Shown here piece after piece: positions 9,467 through 18,679 of a stretch of DNA of 64,000 nt. A program made the translations under genes and the position numbers. The notes beneath the pieces were generated by a model. That model saw only the letters and a list, made by a program, of their open reading frames with translations, searched no databases and was not told the origin of the DNA. The stretch's first letter is position 1. Every line of letters starts with the position of its first letter. The DNA is from an uncultured Candidatus Binatia bacterium (lineage in GTDB: Bacteria > Desulfobacterota > Binatia > UBA9968 > JAJDTQ01). The stretch is taken from NCBI GenBank assembly GCA_965213675.1, contig OZ243916.1, positions 352,001 through 416,000 on the forward strand. The letters run 5' to 3'.

Positions 9467-10315
9467 ATGGGCAGGATCGTTGCAGGAATCGGCTCGTCGC
9501 ACGTGCCCGCGGCCGGCGCGGCATTCGACCAGGGCAAGCAGGACACACCCGAGTGGAAGCCGCTGTTCGACGGCTACCGGCCGGCCATGGAATGGCTGCG
9601 GGATGCGCATGTCGATGTCGCGATCTTCATCTACAACGACCACGGTTCGGACTTTTTCTTCGACAAGTATCCCACCTTCGCCATGGGCGTGGCCGGCAGT
9701 TACCCGCCCGCGGACGAGGGCTGGGGGGCGCGCCCCCTGGATCCGGTTCCGGGAGACCCCGAGTTCTCGTGGCACATGGCCGAGTCGCTGATCCGGGAGA
9801 GCGAGTTCGACATGACCGTGTGCCAGGAGCTGTCGGTGGACCACGGGCTGCTCATGCCCTTGCCGCTACTCTGGTCGCACCAGCCTGAATGGGACATCAA
9901 GGTGGTGCCGGTGGCGGTCAACGTCGTGCAGCATCCGTTGCCCACGGCGCGGCGCCTGTGGAAGCTCGGTCAGGCCCTGCGCACGGCGGTGGAGAGCTAC
10001 CCGCGGGACATCCGCGTGGCGGTGATCGGCACCGGCGGGCTGTCGCACCAGCTTCACGGCGAACGCTTCGGTTTCCGAAACGAGGAATGGGACCGGCGCT
10101 TCATGGAACGCATTGTCAGCCGGCCGCAGGAACTGGTGGAGCTGTCGCACCACGACTACATGGTGCAGGGGGGCGCCGAGGCGGTGGAGATGATCATGTG
10201 GCTGGGCATGCGCGGCGCCCTGTCCCCCGAGGTGCGGCTGGTGCACCAGAACTACTACGCGCCCATGCTGACGGGCATGGGACTGCTGCTTCTGGAAGAC
10301 GCCGGAAACTCGTGA
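9467..10315 (+). CDS. ligB: Class III extradiol dioxygenase beta subunit (protocatechuate 4,5/gallate type)
   Basis: SSHVP, YNDH, DHG, GTGGLSHQL and EAVEMIMW metal-ligand motifs. Confidence 0.9.
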   Translation: MGRIVAGIGSSHVPAAGAAFDQGKQDTPEWKPLFDGYRPAMEWLRDAHVDVAIFIYNDHGSDFFFDKYPTFAMGVAGSYPPADEGWGARPLDPVPGDPEFSWHMAESLIRESEFDMTVCQELSVDHGLLMPLPLLWSHQPEWDIKVVPVAVNVVQHPLPTARRLWKLGQALRTAVESYPRDIRVAVIGTGGLSHQLHGERFGFRNEEWDRRFMERIVSRPQELVELSHHDYMVQGGAEAVEMIMWLGMRGALSPEVRLVHQNYYAPMLTGMGLLLLEDAGNS

Positions 10316-10327
10316 GCACGACACTGG

Positions 10328-10482
10328 GAGTCTGTCGGGTTAATCAAGAGTCTGCTGCGAGGCAGGGAAATGGGTCCATTCCCGGTTGGGTTTTTGTCCA
10401 ATATTACCAATATTCTCCTCAAATCCGCCCGCAACTGGCCTTTCTCCCCCTCTCGTTACGATTCGATAAACCCGACAGGTTC
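10328..10482. mobile_element. 155-bp MITE with 18-bp terminal inverted repeats and a CTGG target-site duplication
   Basis: GAGTCTGTCGGGTTAATC ... GATAAACCCGACAGGTTC; CTGG at 10324-10327 and 10483-10486; AT-richer interior. Confidence 0.75.
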
Positions 10483-10572
10483 CTGGGGCGCGCGACGGCA
10501 ACGTGAAAAGACGTCATTTCCGGATTGGCTCGGAAGTCCCCTAAGCGCGACACGTTTCAGTGGTCCGCCCGG

Positions 10573-11352
10573 CTATTCCTCCGCAGGCAGCCCCACCGTA
10601 TCGGCCACCCGCTGGGCATAGTGGTTCCAGGCCCACTCGTAGATCCTCGACGCGGTGGCCTGAAGGCCCTGTTCCACCACGAAAGCGAAGGCGTCGATGT
10701 CCGCTTGGGAAAGCGGGTTCGGGCGAGCGCCGCCCGTGGCGCGGGCGGCGTCCAGGGTGACCTTGGCCAGGGTCTCCAGGCGCAGGCCCAGCAGGGTCAC
10801 GGCTTCCACGGTGGGGCCGATGACGGTGAGCCCGTGGCCGCGCATGAGGCAACAGTCCCGCTCCCCCATGGTGGCGATGAGGTCGGCCGCCAACCCCGGG
10901 CTGTCGATGAGCACCGACCGGGGATACACGGGAATCCCCTGGATCGCGGCGCTCACGGCCAGGGGGTCGTAGCAACCGTAGATGGGGCGCAGCTCGAATC
11001 CCGCGATGGTGGCGACAACGCAGTGGTACGGGTGGGCGTGCAGCACGGCTTGGGCCTCGGGGCGCGCCTTGTACAGTTCACCGTGGATCGGCAACTCGAT
11101 GGGCAGCCGGTAGCCGTCCATCTGGTCCGCGGTGCGCTCGAAACGGACTCGGCGCACGTGGCGCTCGTCGGTGTACAGCAGTCCCTTTTCCGGCGCGGTT
11201 TCGTCGCCTCCGAGGCAGCGCAGGAACATTTCATCCGAGTCTGGAATGCGCACCGAGAGGTGCCCCAGCAGGTCGCCCAGGCAGCCTTGGCTTGCCAGAA
11301 TGCGGGTTCCGAGCGCCACCTTGCGCCGTAGGGCCTGTAGCAATGCGTCCAT
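10573..11352 (-). CDS. Class II aldolase/adducin family protein
   Basis: GHLSVR, ELPIHGELYKARPEAQAVLHAH and LMRGHG motifs. Confidence 0.9.
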   Translation of the reverse strand: MDALLQALRRKVALGTRILASQGCLGDLLGHLSVRIPDSDEMFLRCLGGDETAPEKGLLYTDERHVRRVRFERTADQMDGYRLPIELPIHGELYKARPEAQAVLHAHPYHCVVATIAGFELRPIYGCYDPLAVSAAIQGIPVYPRSVLIDSPGLAADLIATMGERDCCLMRGHGLTVIGPTVEAVTLLGLRLETLAKVTLDAARATGGARPNPLSQADIDAFAFVVEQGLQATASRIYEWAWNHYAQRVADTVGLPAEE

Positions 11353-11599
11353 GGTGATCCTTTCGCTCCGCCGGTTTCGCGCAGCGGCGCATGCAGACGG
11401 ATAAACCGCCTGTGCGGCGGTGTGTCAAGCGTGTCGTCATTCCGGCTCGCTACACCTCTCCTCCCGACGGCGAGGGTCGCGCGGATGGAGACGGCGTTGG
11501 GACGGCGGCGCAGCAACAGGAACCGTCAGCGGATGGAAGCTCGAATGGCGATTTGAGCGCCTGCCGGATGCGCGGATAGACCCACAGAAAGACGTCCAC

Positions 11600-11628
11600 T
11601 TGCATGGTATGCGGCAATGCCGCATAAT
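11600..11628 (+). promoter_or_regulatory. Putative TA promoter TTGCAT-17-CATAAT overlapped by perfect palindrome TATGCGGCA-A-TGCCGCATA (11608-11626)
   Basis: Read directly from the sequence; TA antitoxins typically bind such operators. Confidence 0.65.
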
Positions 11629-11965
11629 ATATCCGATCAACCTCTACATCACGCGGACCTATGAGCGCGCCATTCGCAGGCTGCTGCCGGAAGATGCCCG
11701 CAGCGAAATGGAGGCGGCCATCGTCGCCGCTCCGCAGGCCGCGCCGGTCATCCGGGGGACGGGCGGTATCCGCAAGCTGCGCTGGGCCGGTTCCGGCCGG
11801 GGCAAGCGCGGCGGCATCCGCGCGATCTACTTCTGGCGCGCTAGCGCGGAGGCGATCTACATGCTGACGGCCTACGCCAAGGCGGACCGTGACGATCTGA
11901 CGGCGGCGGACCGAAGGGCGCTGGTACGGCTTGTGACGGCCATCGAACGGGAGAGGCAGGGATAA
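11609..11965 (+). CDS. RelE/HigB2-like toxin (start uncertain: ATG 11609 or ATC 11636)
   Basis: IRGTGGIRKLRWAGSGRGKRGGIRAIYF...LTAYAK signature; TAATG coupling to the antitoxin. Confidence 0.85.
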   Translation: MRQCRIIYPINLYITRTYERAIRRLLPEDARSEMEAAIVAAPQAAPVIRGTGGIRKLRWAGSGRGKRGGIRAIYFWRASAEAIYMLTAYAKADRDDLTAADRRALVRLVTAIERERQG

Positions 11966-12279
11966 TGACAGACAAACGAACCGAGGCCGGGCTTGAGATA
12001 GAGACGGCACTGGGCGAAGTGCTCGCCCATGTGCGGGGCGAGACCGCGTTGCCCTGCCGGATCGTGGACGACCCTGCGGCCGAGCGGATCGTCGCGCTCC
12101 GCAAGCGGATGAAGCTGAGCCGGCAGAAGTTCGCCGACCGTTTCGGGCTGGATGCGCGCGCGATTCAGGACTGGGAACAGGGTCGCCGGGTTCCCGACCG
12201 GGCGGCGCGCGTGTTGCTGACCGTGATCGACCGCGAGCCGGATGCCGTCACTCGCGCACTTGCGCCGCCAGCGGATTGA
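11965..12279 (+). CDS. Xre-family HTH antitoxin (HigA2-like)
   Basis: LRKRMKLSRQKFADRFGL...IQDWEQGRRVP...LLTVI..EPDAV. Confidence 0.88.
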   Translation: MTDKRTEAGLEIETALGEVLAHVRGETALPCRIVDDPAAERIVALRKRMKLSRQKFADRFGLDARAIQDWEQGRRVPDRAARVLLTVIDREPDAVTRALAPPAD

Positions 12280-12480
12280 TCCAATCAGGTTGCGAAACGA
12301 TTACGGTTCGATACGGTAACTGAAAAATATCAACAATAATAACGAAGTAGTAGATATCGTGGCACCATTGTGCCGGAGGGCCTGTAGCAATCGTCCATGG
12401 TGATCCTTTCGCTCCGCCGGTTTTGCGCAGCGGCGCATGCAGACGGATAAACCGCCTGTGCGGCGGTGTGTCAAGCGTGT

Positions 12481-12572
12481 CGTCATTCAGGCCCTCCCTC
12501 CGTCATTCCCGCGAAAGCGGAATGAGGGAGGGAGGGCCGGAATGACAGTCGGTGCCGGGGTAGGAATGACAG
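12481..12572. repeat. GTCATTCC/GGAATGAC REP-like palindrome cluster
   Basis: CGTCATTCCCGCGAAAGCGGAATGA core plus flanking GTCATTC and GGAATGACAG half-sites. Confidence 0.7.
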
Positions 12573-12645
12573 TGGGAGATGGGTTGGGGCGTCATCGCAT
12601 CCCAATTGAAACCACCGCGGCGTTCATCTATGGTCAGGCGGTTTC

Positions 12646-14244
12646 ATGACCGCCTACGCCACCATACACGAGTTGTTGTCGCACCAGGTCGCGGAGAGGC
12701 CGGAGCGTCTCTGCGTGATTCACGAGGATCGGCAATGGACCTACGCGGAACTTGCCGTGGAGGTGGGGCGGGTGGCGCATGCGTTCGCGGCTCTCGGGCT
12801 TCGGCCCGGGCAGCGTGTCGCGATTCTGCTGCCCAATTGTGCGGAGTTCCTTTGGACGGTGTTCGCCATGGCGCGCACCGGCGGCGTGTTCGTCCCCCTC
12901 AACACGGCCCAGACCGCGGACGAGCTTCAGTATCTCCTGGCCCACTCCGAAGCCCGTTACCTGCTGACCACCGATGCCTTCCTGCCCTTGATCCAGGGCA
13001 TCCGCGGCGACTGTCCCGGCCTGGAATGCGTGATCACCCTCGACCCCCGCGGCGGGCAGGGCGTCCTGGGCTGGGACGAGTTCATCCGCGGCGCCGAGCG
13101 GCGCCCGGCGCTTGCGGAAGTCTCGCCCGGCGATCTCGCCTCCATCATCTACACGTCCGGCACCACCGACCGGCCCAAGGGCGTGATGCTCAACCATCAT
13201 GCCTTCGCTTTCGCCCCGAGCCACCGCGCGCGGGCGCTGGGCTGGACCGCGGGCGACCGGGTGCTCGTGGTGATGCCGCTGTTCCACGTCAATGCCTTGT
13301 GTCACATGACTCTGGCGATGATGAGCGTGGGCGGCGGCGTGGTGCTGAAGGAACGGTTCAGCGCGTCGCGTTTCTGGGACGACGTGAAGCGGCACGGCGT
13401 CACCACTTCGAGTATCATGCAGACCATTCCACGCATCCTGCTGAACCGGCCGGGCGCGCCCGAGGACGCGGACACGCCGTTGCGGCAGGTGATGGCGCTG
13501 TTGCCGCCCGACGTGCATCTGGAGTTCGAACGGCGTTTCGGCGTCACCGCCATCCCCACCTACAGCCTCACCGAGGACCTGCTGAGTGTCCTCGGCCCCC
13601 TGGACGCTGCGAGCCGGAAGCTCGGCAGTTGCGGCGTGCCCATCGCGCCGGAGGTGCACCGGGTGCGCATCGTGAACGACGAGGGGAAGGACTGCGTGTC
13701 GGGCGAACTGGGGGAAATCGTCAAGCAGAGCCCGGCGGTGATGATGGGCTACTACAAAAACCCGGAGGCCACTGCAGCGGCCCTCCGCGACGGCTGGCTC
13801 CACACGGGCGACATCGGCGCCCTGGACGAAGACGGTTTCCTGTACTTTGTGGATCGCAAGAAGGACATCATCAAGCGCGCCGGCGAGAATATCGCCTCTG
13901 CCGAAGTGGAGCGTGTTCTCAACTCCCACCCCCTGGTGGCCGAGTCCGCGGTGGTCGCGGTGCCGGATCTGATTCGCCAGGAGGAGGTGAAGGCGTGCAT
14001 CGTGCTTGCGGATGGCGCTTCACCCGAGATGTTGCCGCCCGAGGATCTCTGGCGGTTCTGCGCCGGGCATCTGGCGCCGTTCAAGGTCCCCCGGTATCTT
14101 GACTACCGGGCGGAGCTTCCCAAGACGCCCAGTTCCAAGGTGCAAAAGAACCTGCTGCGTCAGGAAGGCCTGGCCGCCGGCGTTGTGGACCGCCACGCCC
14201 CTTCACGGCCTTCGTCCGCGCCACTTCCCTCCGGTTCGCGGTGA
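12646..14244 (+). CDS. AMP-dependent acyl-CoA ligase (CaiC-like)
   Basis: YTSGTTDRPKG, YSLTE, GWLHTGD, DRKKDIIKRAGENI and PKTPSSK motifs. Confidence 0.93.
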   Translation: MTAYATIHELLSHQVAERPERLCVIHEDRQWTYAELAVEVGRVAHAFAALGLRPGQRVAILLPNCAEFLWTVFAMARTGGVFVPLNTAQTADELQYLLAHSEARYLLTTDAFLPLIQGIRGDCPGLECVITLDPRGGQGVLGWDEFIRGAERRPALAEVSPGDLASIIYTSGTTDRPKGVMLNHHAFAFAPSHRARALGWTAGDRVLVVMPLFHVNALCHMTLAMMSVGGGVVLKERFSASRFWDDVKRHGVTTSSIMQTIPRILLNRPGAPEDADTPLRQVMALLPPDVHLEFERRFGVTAIPTYSLTEDLLSVLGPLDAASRKLGSCGVPIAPEVHRVRIVNDEGKDCVSGELGEIVKQSPAVMMGYYKNPEATAAALRDGWLHTGDIGALDEDGFLYFVDRKKDIIKRAGENIASAEVERVLNSHPLVAESAVVAVPDLIRQEEVKACIVLADGASPEMLPPEDLWRFCAGHLAPFKVPRYLDYRAELPKTPSSKVQKNLLRQEGLAAGVVDRHAPSRPSSAPLPSGSR

Positions 14245-14269
14245 AACGGACGCGACTCCTTCCGGCCCG

Positions 14270-15169
14270 TCAGTTCCGGGTAAACATGCTGGCGTGCACG
14301 ATCATCTCCTTCAGCATCAAGGCCTGGCCCGCCATGAGCGGGTCCATGGCGCGTCGTTCCATCCCGAGTCCGATCCCCCGCGTGTTACTTGTCTTCATGA
14401 AGGCAAACCGTCGGACGGCCCACATTGCCCTCTCCGCCGACAGGCCCACGGTATCCGTGGGATCCGGTGGGGCTTCCAGCAGGTAGGAACGGACCAGCCC
14501 GCCCCAGTGGGTCTGCAGAAGCTCGGGCGAGCCGAACACTTCCATGGCCTCGACCCACGGACCGTGCGTGACGACGATCCCGTTCTGTTGCGGCAGCGGC
14601 CCGATCTTGACCAGGCTCTGTATTGCCCTGAGTCGGGAACGGTCGCGGTGGAGGATTTCCGTGACATTGGGGGCAGCCGTGGGAGGAATGGTCACGTCCA
14701 TACGCAGTTGGAGTTCCTTGATGGCCTGCCACACGACGGCCTGATCGCTGTGATGCCGGCCTTTGCGCCGTCTGGAAGCGTTGAGCGATTCCATCAGTCT
14801 GGCGCGAACGCTGTACGGGGTTCGTGAAACGTCGCGCCGGTACTCCCGGTGGTCTCCCCATCGACCCGGTCCCACGCACGAAACGGGAAGGCGCACGTCG
14901 CTCATCGGGGCCACCAGCGCGGTCGCATTGACGCATCGGTCCTGATCGCCGCCGAGAAGCTCTTCGCCCTCGACGATGAGAATCGGCTTGTCCGTGGGAT
15001 TGCGCGCGGTCAACTCCGGCATGGCTGGCTGAGCGAGCTCTTCGATGCGGAGGCCGTCCGTGGCGATGTCGGGCAATTCGTTGCCGGTCAAATAGAGGGG
15101 AAAGAACGAAACGCCGAGGCGGGTGACGGGGTAGCCGACGGATGCGGTTTCCAGTCTCGTGATGGGCAT
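14270..15169 (-). CDS. ARPP-1/DUF6569-like protein
   Basis: FFPLY...NPTDKPILIVEGEELLGGDQDR...LPVSCV..GRW...SDQAVVW pattern; GGAGG RBS. Confidence 0.65.
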   Translation of the reverse strand: MPITRLETASVGYPVTRLGVSFFPLYLTGNELPDIATDGLRIEELAQPAMPELTARNPTDKPILIVEGEELLGGDQDRCVNATALVAPMSDVRLPVSCVGPGRWGDHREYRRDVSRTPYSVRARLMESLNASRRRKGRHHSDQAVVWQAIKELQLRMDVTIPPTAAPNVTEILHRDRSRLRAIQSLVKIGPLPQQNGIVVTHGPWVEAMEVFGSPELLQTHWGGLVRSYLLEAPPDPTDTVGLSAERAMWAVRRFAFMKTSNTRGIGLGMERRAMDPLMAGQALMLKEMIVHASMFTRN

Positions 15170-15410
15170 GGGATGTTTCCTCCAGGTATCTGTATCTTGA
15201 CATTCTGGATTCTAACGAAGGGCAGTGACATCCGGGGTCACGGCTTCGTGACATTTGTGCGAAGTGGTCGAGACAAGGAATGAGAACGGCCGGAAGGCCT
15301 GGAGGAGTGATTTCGCAGCCTTCGGACGGGCCTTGACAACGAAACACGCAACGGATGATGATGGCCGGGGCGGCAAGGCCGTCAAATTCCGAACACAGAA
15401 GGGACGCACC

Positions 15411-17231
15411 GTGGCAAAAAACAGCACCGCACTAAAGCATCGACCGCAGGAACTGGGAACACCGGACATGCGCTGGGGCAGCGACGTCGTCGCCGCGGTG
15501 GCGCGCGAGCTCGACTTCAAGTACATCGCGCTGGTTCCGGGGGCGAGCTACCGCGGTTTCCACGACAGCTTGGTGAACTTCCTGGGTAACGAGAACCCGC
15601 AGATGGTCACGTGCCTGCACGAGGAGCACGCCGTGTCCATCGCCGACGGTTATGCCAAGGCCACGGACGTGCCCATGGCGGTGGCCTTGCATTCGAACGT
15701 GGGACTGATGCACGCCACCATGAATATCTTCAACGCGTGGTGCGACCGCACGCCCATGGTGATCTTCGGCGCCACGGGTCCGGTGGACGCGCACAAGCGA
15801 CGCCCCTGGATCGACTGGATCCACACCGCCGCCGACCAGGGCGCGCTCATCCGCAACTACACGAAGTGGGACGATCAGCCGGCCTCGCCCCAGGCGGCGG
15901 TGGAGTCCGTCCTGCGGGCCAGCCAGATGGCCCGCACCGCGCCTTGCGGCCCCACCTACGTCTGCCTCGATGTGGGACTTCAGGAAGCGCCGCTGACCGA
16001 GGACGTGCAGATTCCGGACGTCTCGCGTTTTGCGCCGCCGGCGCCGCCCTGCGCATCTTCCGCCGTGGTCAAGCAGACGCGGGAGGCTCTCAAAAAGGCC
16101 AAGTTTCCCATCATCCTCATGGGGAGGATGTCCCGGGGCGAAGCGGATTGGGAACGCCGCGTCAAGCTGGCCGAGGCCCTGAACGCGCCCGTGCTGACCA
16201 GCTCCAACGACCCGTCCTCCTTTCCCACCACCCATCCGTTGCACCTCGCCGCGCCGGGACTGCGTCCGTCGAAGCAGGCCGTGGCGCTGATCAAGAAGGC
16301 GGACGTGATACTCAGTCTCGATTGGCTGGATCTGGCGGGGTATCTGCGCGGTTGCCTGGGGGCGTCGCAAACCCAGACCCCGGCCAACAAGACCATCGTC
16401 CACTGCTCCATGGACACGTACCGCACCAACGGCTGGAGCATGGATCATCAGGCGTTGCCCGCCGCGGACGTGCCGGTGGCGGCGTGCCCGGACACCTTCG
16501 TGGAGCAGTTGCTGGATGGGTTCGGCCGCAAACGTCCGGCGCCCGCGGCGTTGAAGACCCTCACCCATTGGACGCGCACTGCCCCCGGCCGGGCACGGCC
16601 CAAGGAGGGCGTCCCCATGACGCTCATGGACATGGCCCTGACGGTGCGCGAATTCTCCCGCAGCCGCCCGGTGACGTTCGCGCGCCTGCCCATCGGCTGG
16701 CCTGGCGAAGCCGCGGAGTTCAACAGCCCGTTGAGTTTCATGGGCAACGATGGCGGCGGCGGCGTCGGCAGCGGTCCTGGGCACGCCGTGGGCGCCGCGC
16801 TGGCCTTGAAGGACAAGGGGCGGTTCGTGGTGGGGGTCCTGGGCGACGGCGACTATCTCATGGGCTGCAACGCGTTGTGGACGGCCACGCACATGGATCT
16901 GCCGCTGCTCGTGGTCATTGCCGACAACCGCTCCTACTTCAACGACGAGATGCACCAGGAGCGGGTTGCGGTGATGCGCGAGCGGCCAGTGCAGAACCGC
17001 TGGATCGGGCAACGGCTGGACGACCCGCCCGTGGACTTGATCGCCATGGGCCGCGCCCAGGGCTTCGACGGCGAGGAGCCGGTGTCCACCGCCGAGGATC
17101 TCGCCGCCGCCCTGGAGCGGGGCGCCGAGGTCGTGTCCAAGGGCGGGCGCTACGTCATCGACGCGGTGGTGACGCCGGGTTACGCTGACGCTGGCGCCGA
17201 TCAGCGCTCGGACATGACCATGAAGAAGTAA
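15411..17231 (+). CDS. Thiamine pyrophosphate-binding enzyme
   Basis: PGASYRGFHDS, LHEEHAVSIADGY, GDGDYLMG...DNRSYFND; start GTG 15411 or ATG 15468. Confidence 0.92.
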   Translation: MAKNSTALKHRPQELGTPDMRWGSDVVAAVARELDFKYIALVPGASYRGFHDSLVNFLGNENPQMVTCLHEEHAVSIADGYAKATDVPMAVALHSNVGLMHATMNIFNAWCDRTPMVIFGATGPVDAHKRRPWIDWIHTAADQGALIRNYTKWDDQPASPQAAVESVLRASQMARTAPCGPTYVCLDVGLQEAPLTEDVQIPDVSRFAPPAPPCASSAVVKQTREALKKAKFPIILMGRMSRGEADWERRVKLAEALNAPVLTSSNDPSSFPTTHPLHLAAPGLRPSKQAVALIKKADVILSLDWLDLAGYLRGCLGASQTQTPANKTIVHCSMDTYRTNGWSMDHQALPAADVPVAACPDTFVEQLLDGFGRKRPAPAALKTLTHWTRTAPGRARPKEGVPMTLMDMALTVREFSRSRPVTFARLPIGWPGEAAEFNSPLSFMGNDGGGGVGSGPGHAVGAALALKDKGRFVVGVLGDGDYLMGCNALWTATHMDLPLLVVIADNRSYFNDEMHQERVAVMRERPVQNRWIGQRLDDPPVDLIAMGRAQGFDGEEPVSTAEDLAAALERGAEVVSKGGRYVIDAVVTPGYADAGADQRSDMTMKK

Positions 17232-17272
17232 CGGCGGCGCGGGACACGCAACTCCCACGGAGACCAAGCCTT

Positions 17273-17304
17273 CGGCAGGGGCGACCGCCCGGTCGCCCCT
17301 GCCG
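17273..17304. terminator. GC-rich REP-like hairpin between convergent genes (same family at ~972-999 and ~31780-31806)
   Basis: CGGCAGGGGCGACCG-CC-CGGTCGCCCCTGCCG. Confidence 0.6.
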
Positions 17305-17348
17305 GGATTCCTGCCTTGCGGTAAATTCCCGGAAATCCGGACAGGCGC

Positions 17349-17930
17349 CTATACGTCGAAGAACACGGTTTCGCGCGTACCCTGCAGGTGGATGTCGAAG
17401 TCGTAGGCCGCGGGCGCGGCGCGGGATGGGCGCGGGATGGCCAGCAGGGTGTCGCGCCGACCGGGCTCGGTGAGGCTCTGCAACACCGGGTCCCGGTGGT
17501 TGGCGGCGGTTTCGTCCGCGAAATAGATCCGCGTCGTCAGGTGCTTCAGCAAACCGCGCGCGAATACGCACAGGGAAATGTGCGGCGCCTGCACGCTCTC
17601 GCCCGGTCCGGGCACGCATCCCGGCTTGACGGTGACGATGCTGAACCGGCCGTCGCCGTCCGTGATGGCGCGGCCGAATCCCTCGAATCCCGCCACCAGC
17701 GGCGCCTCGCGCGTATCTTCGGCGTGGGCGTAGCGGCCGTGGATATTCGCCTGCCAGATCTCGATGACGCAGTCGTCCACGGGCTCGCCCGCCCCGTCGA
17801 GGATGCGTCCTTCAATACGGATGGCGCCGGGGTCGTCCGGCGCCGCCAGTTCGGCGCCGCCTTCCCAGGGCGCCATGATGCGGTGGAACGGGCCGATGGT
17901 CTGGGATGGTGTCGTTCCGCGTGTGCTCAT
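17349..17930 (-). CDS. pcaG: Protocatechuate 3,4-dioxygenase alpha subunit
   Basis: TPSQTIGPF, EIWQAN..GRY, QAPHI...FARGLL...TRIYF, FDIHLQG..ETVFFDV. Confidence 0.95.
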   Translation of the reverse strand: MSTRGTTPSQTIGPFHRIMAPWEGGAELAAPDDPGAIRIEGRILDGAGEPVDDCVIEIWQANIHGRYAHAEDTREAPLVAGFEGFGRAITDGDGRFSIVTVKPGCVPGPGESVQAPHISLCVFARGLLKHLTTRIYFADETAANHRDPVLQSLTEPGRRDTLLAIPRPSRAAPAAYDFDIHLQGTRETVFFDV

Positions 17931-17949
17931 ATCGCGACCCCTTTCCGCA

Positions 17950-18654
17950 TCAGATGCCGCTCGGCGTGGCCTCCCGTCCCCGCAGGACGATGTCGAACCG
18001 GTAGGCCAGCGCCCACTCGGGGGCGGTGTTCTCCAGATCGAGACTGGCCACCAGCCTTGCCCGGGCGCGGGCATCCGGAATCGAGTTGAAGATCGCGTCG
18101 CTGTCGAGCAGCGGGTCGCCCGGAAAGTACATCTGCGTGATCAGGCGCGTGGCGAAGGCCGGGCCGAAGAGCGAGAAATGGATGTGCGCTGGGCGCCATG
18201 CGTTGGCGTCGTTGCCCCAAGGGTACGCGGCCGGCTTGATGGTCACGAACCGGTAGCTGCCCTGCGCATCCGTGGCGCAGCGCCCGCCGCCGCTGAAGTT
18301 GGGGTCGAGCGGGGCCGGGTGGTTGTCGGCGTCATGGCGGTAGCGCCCGGCGGCATTGGCCTGCCAGATCTCCATGAGCGCGTCGGGCAACGGCTTGCCG
18401 TTGGTGTCCATGACCCGCCCAAAGACGATGATCCGCTCGCCCAACGGCTCCCCGTCGTGTTGCCGGGTGAGGTCGTGGTCCAACGGCCCGACCTTTTCGT
18501 GTCCGTACACCGGCCCGGTGATCTCCGACAGCGTATGCGGCAACGGCGCCAGCGGCCGCTTGGGCGCCCGCAGCGCCGTGGAACGGTAGGCGGGGTGAAG
18601 GTAGGGCGGTTGTTCCACCGCCGGGTCACGCTTGTACGCAATGGGTCGATCCAT
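17950..18654 (-). CDS. pcaH: Protocatechuate 3,4-dioxygenase beta subunit
   Basis: WQANAAGRYRH, AYPW and WRPAHIHFS iron ligands; TQMYFPGDP. Confidence 0.95.
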   Translation of the reverse strand: MDRPIAYKRDPAVEQPPYLHPAYRSTALRAPKRPLAPLPHTLSEITGPVYGHEKVGPLDHDLTRQHDGEPLGERIIVFGRVMDTNGKPLPDALMEIWQANAAGRYRHDADNHPAPLDPNFSGGGRCATDAQGSYRFVTIKPAAYPWGNDANAWRPAHIHFSLFGPAFATRLITQMYFPGDPLLDSDAIFNSIPDARARARLVASLDLENTAPEWALAYRFDIVLRGREATPSGI

Positions 18655-18679
18655 CGTCGCCTCGCTTTCTGCAAAACGA

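Larger units (their letters stand above)
11330..12488. repeat. ~113-bp direct repeats (11330-11442 and 12377-12488) enclosing a TA module; the repeat contains the aldolase start codon and upstream region
   Basis: Copies differ by one substitution and a 1-bp deletion; both end in GTCATTC. Confidence 0.9.

Noticed and set aside
12340-12370. GGCACCA as a tRNA 3' end attachment site
   Set aside because: No T-arm or cloverleaf precedes it; the duplicated sequence is the aldolase 5' region.
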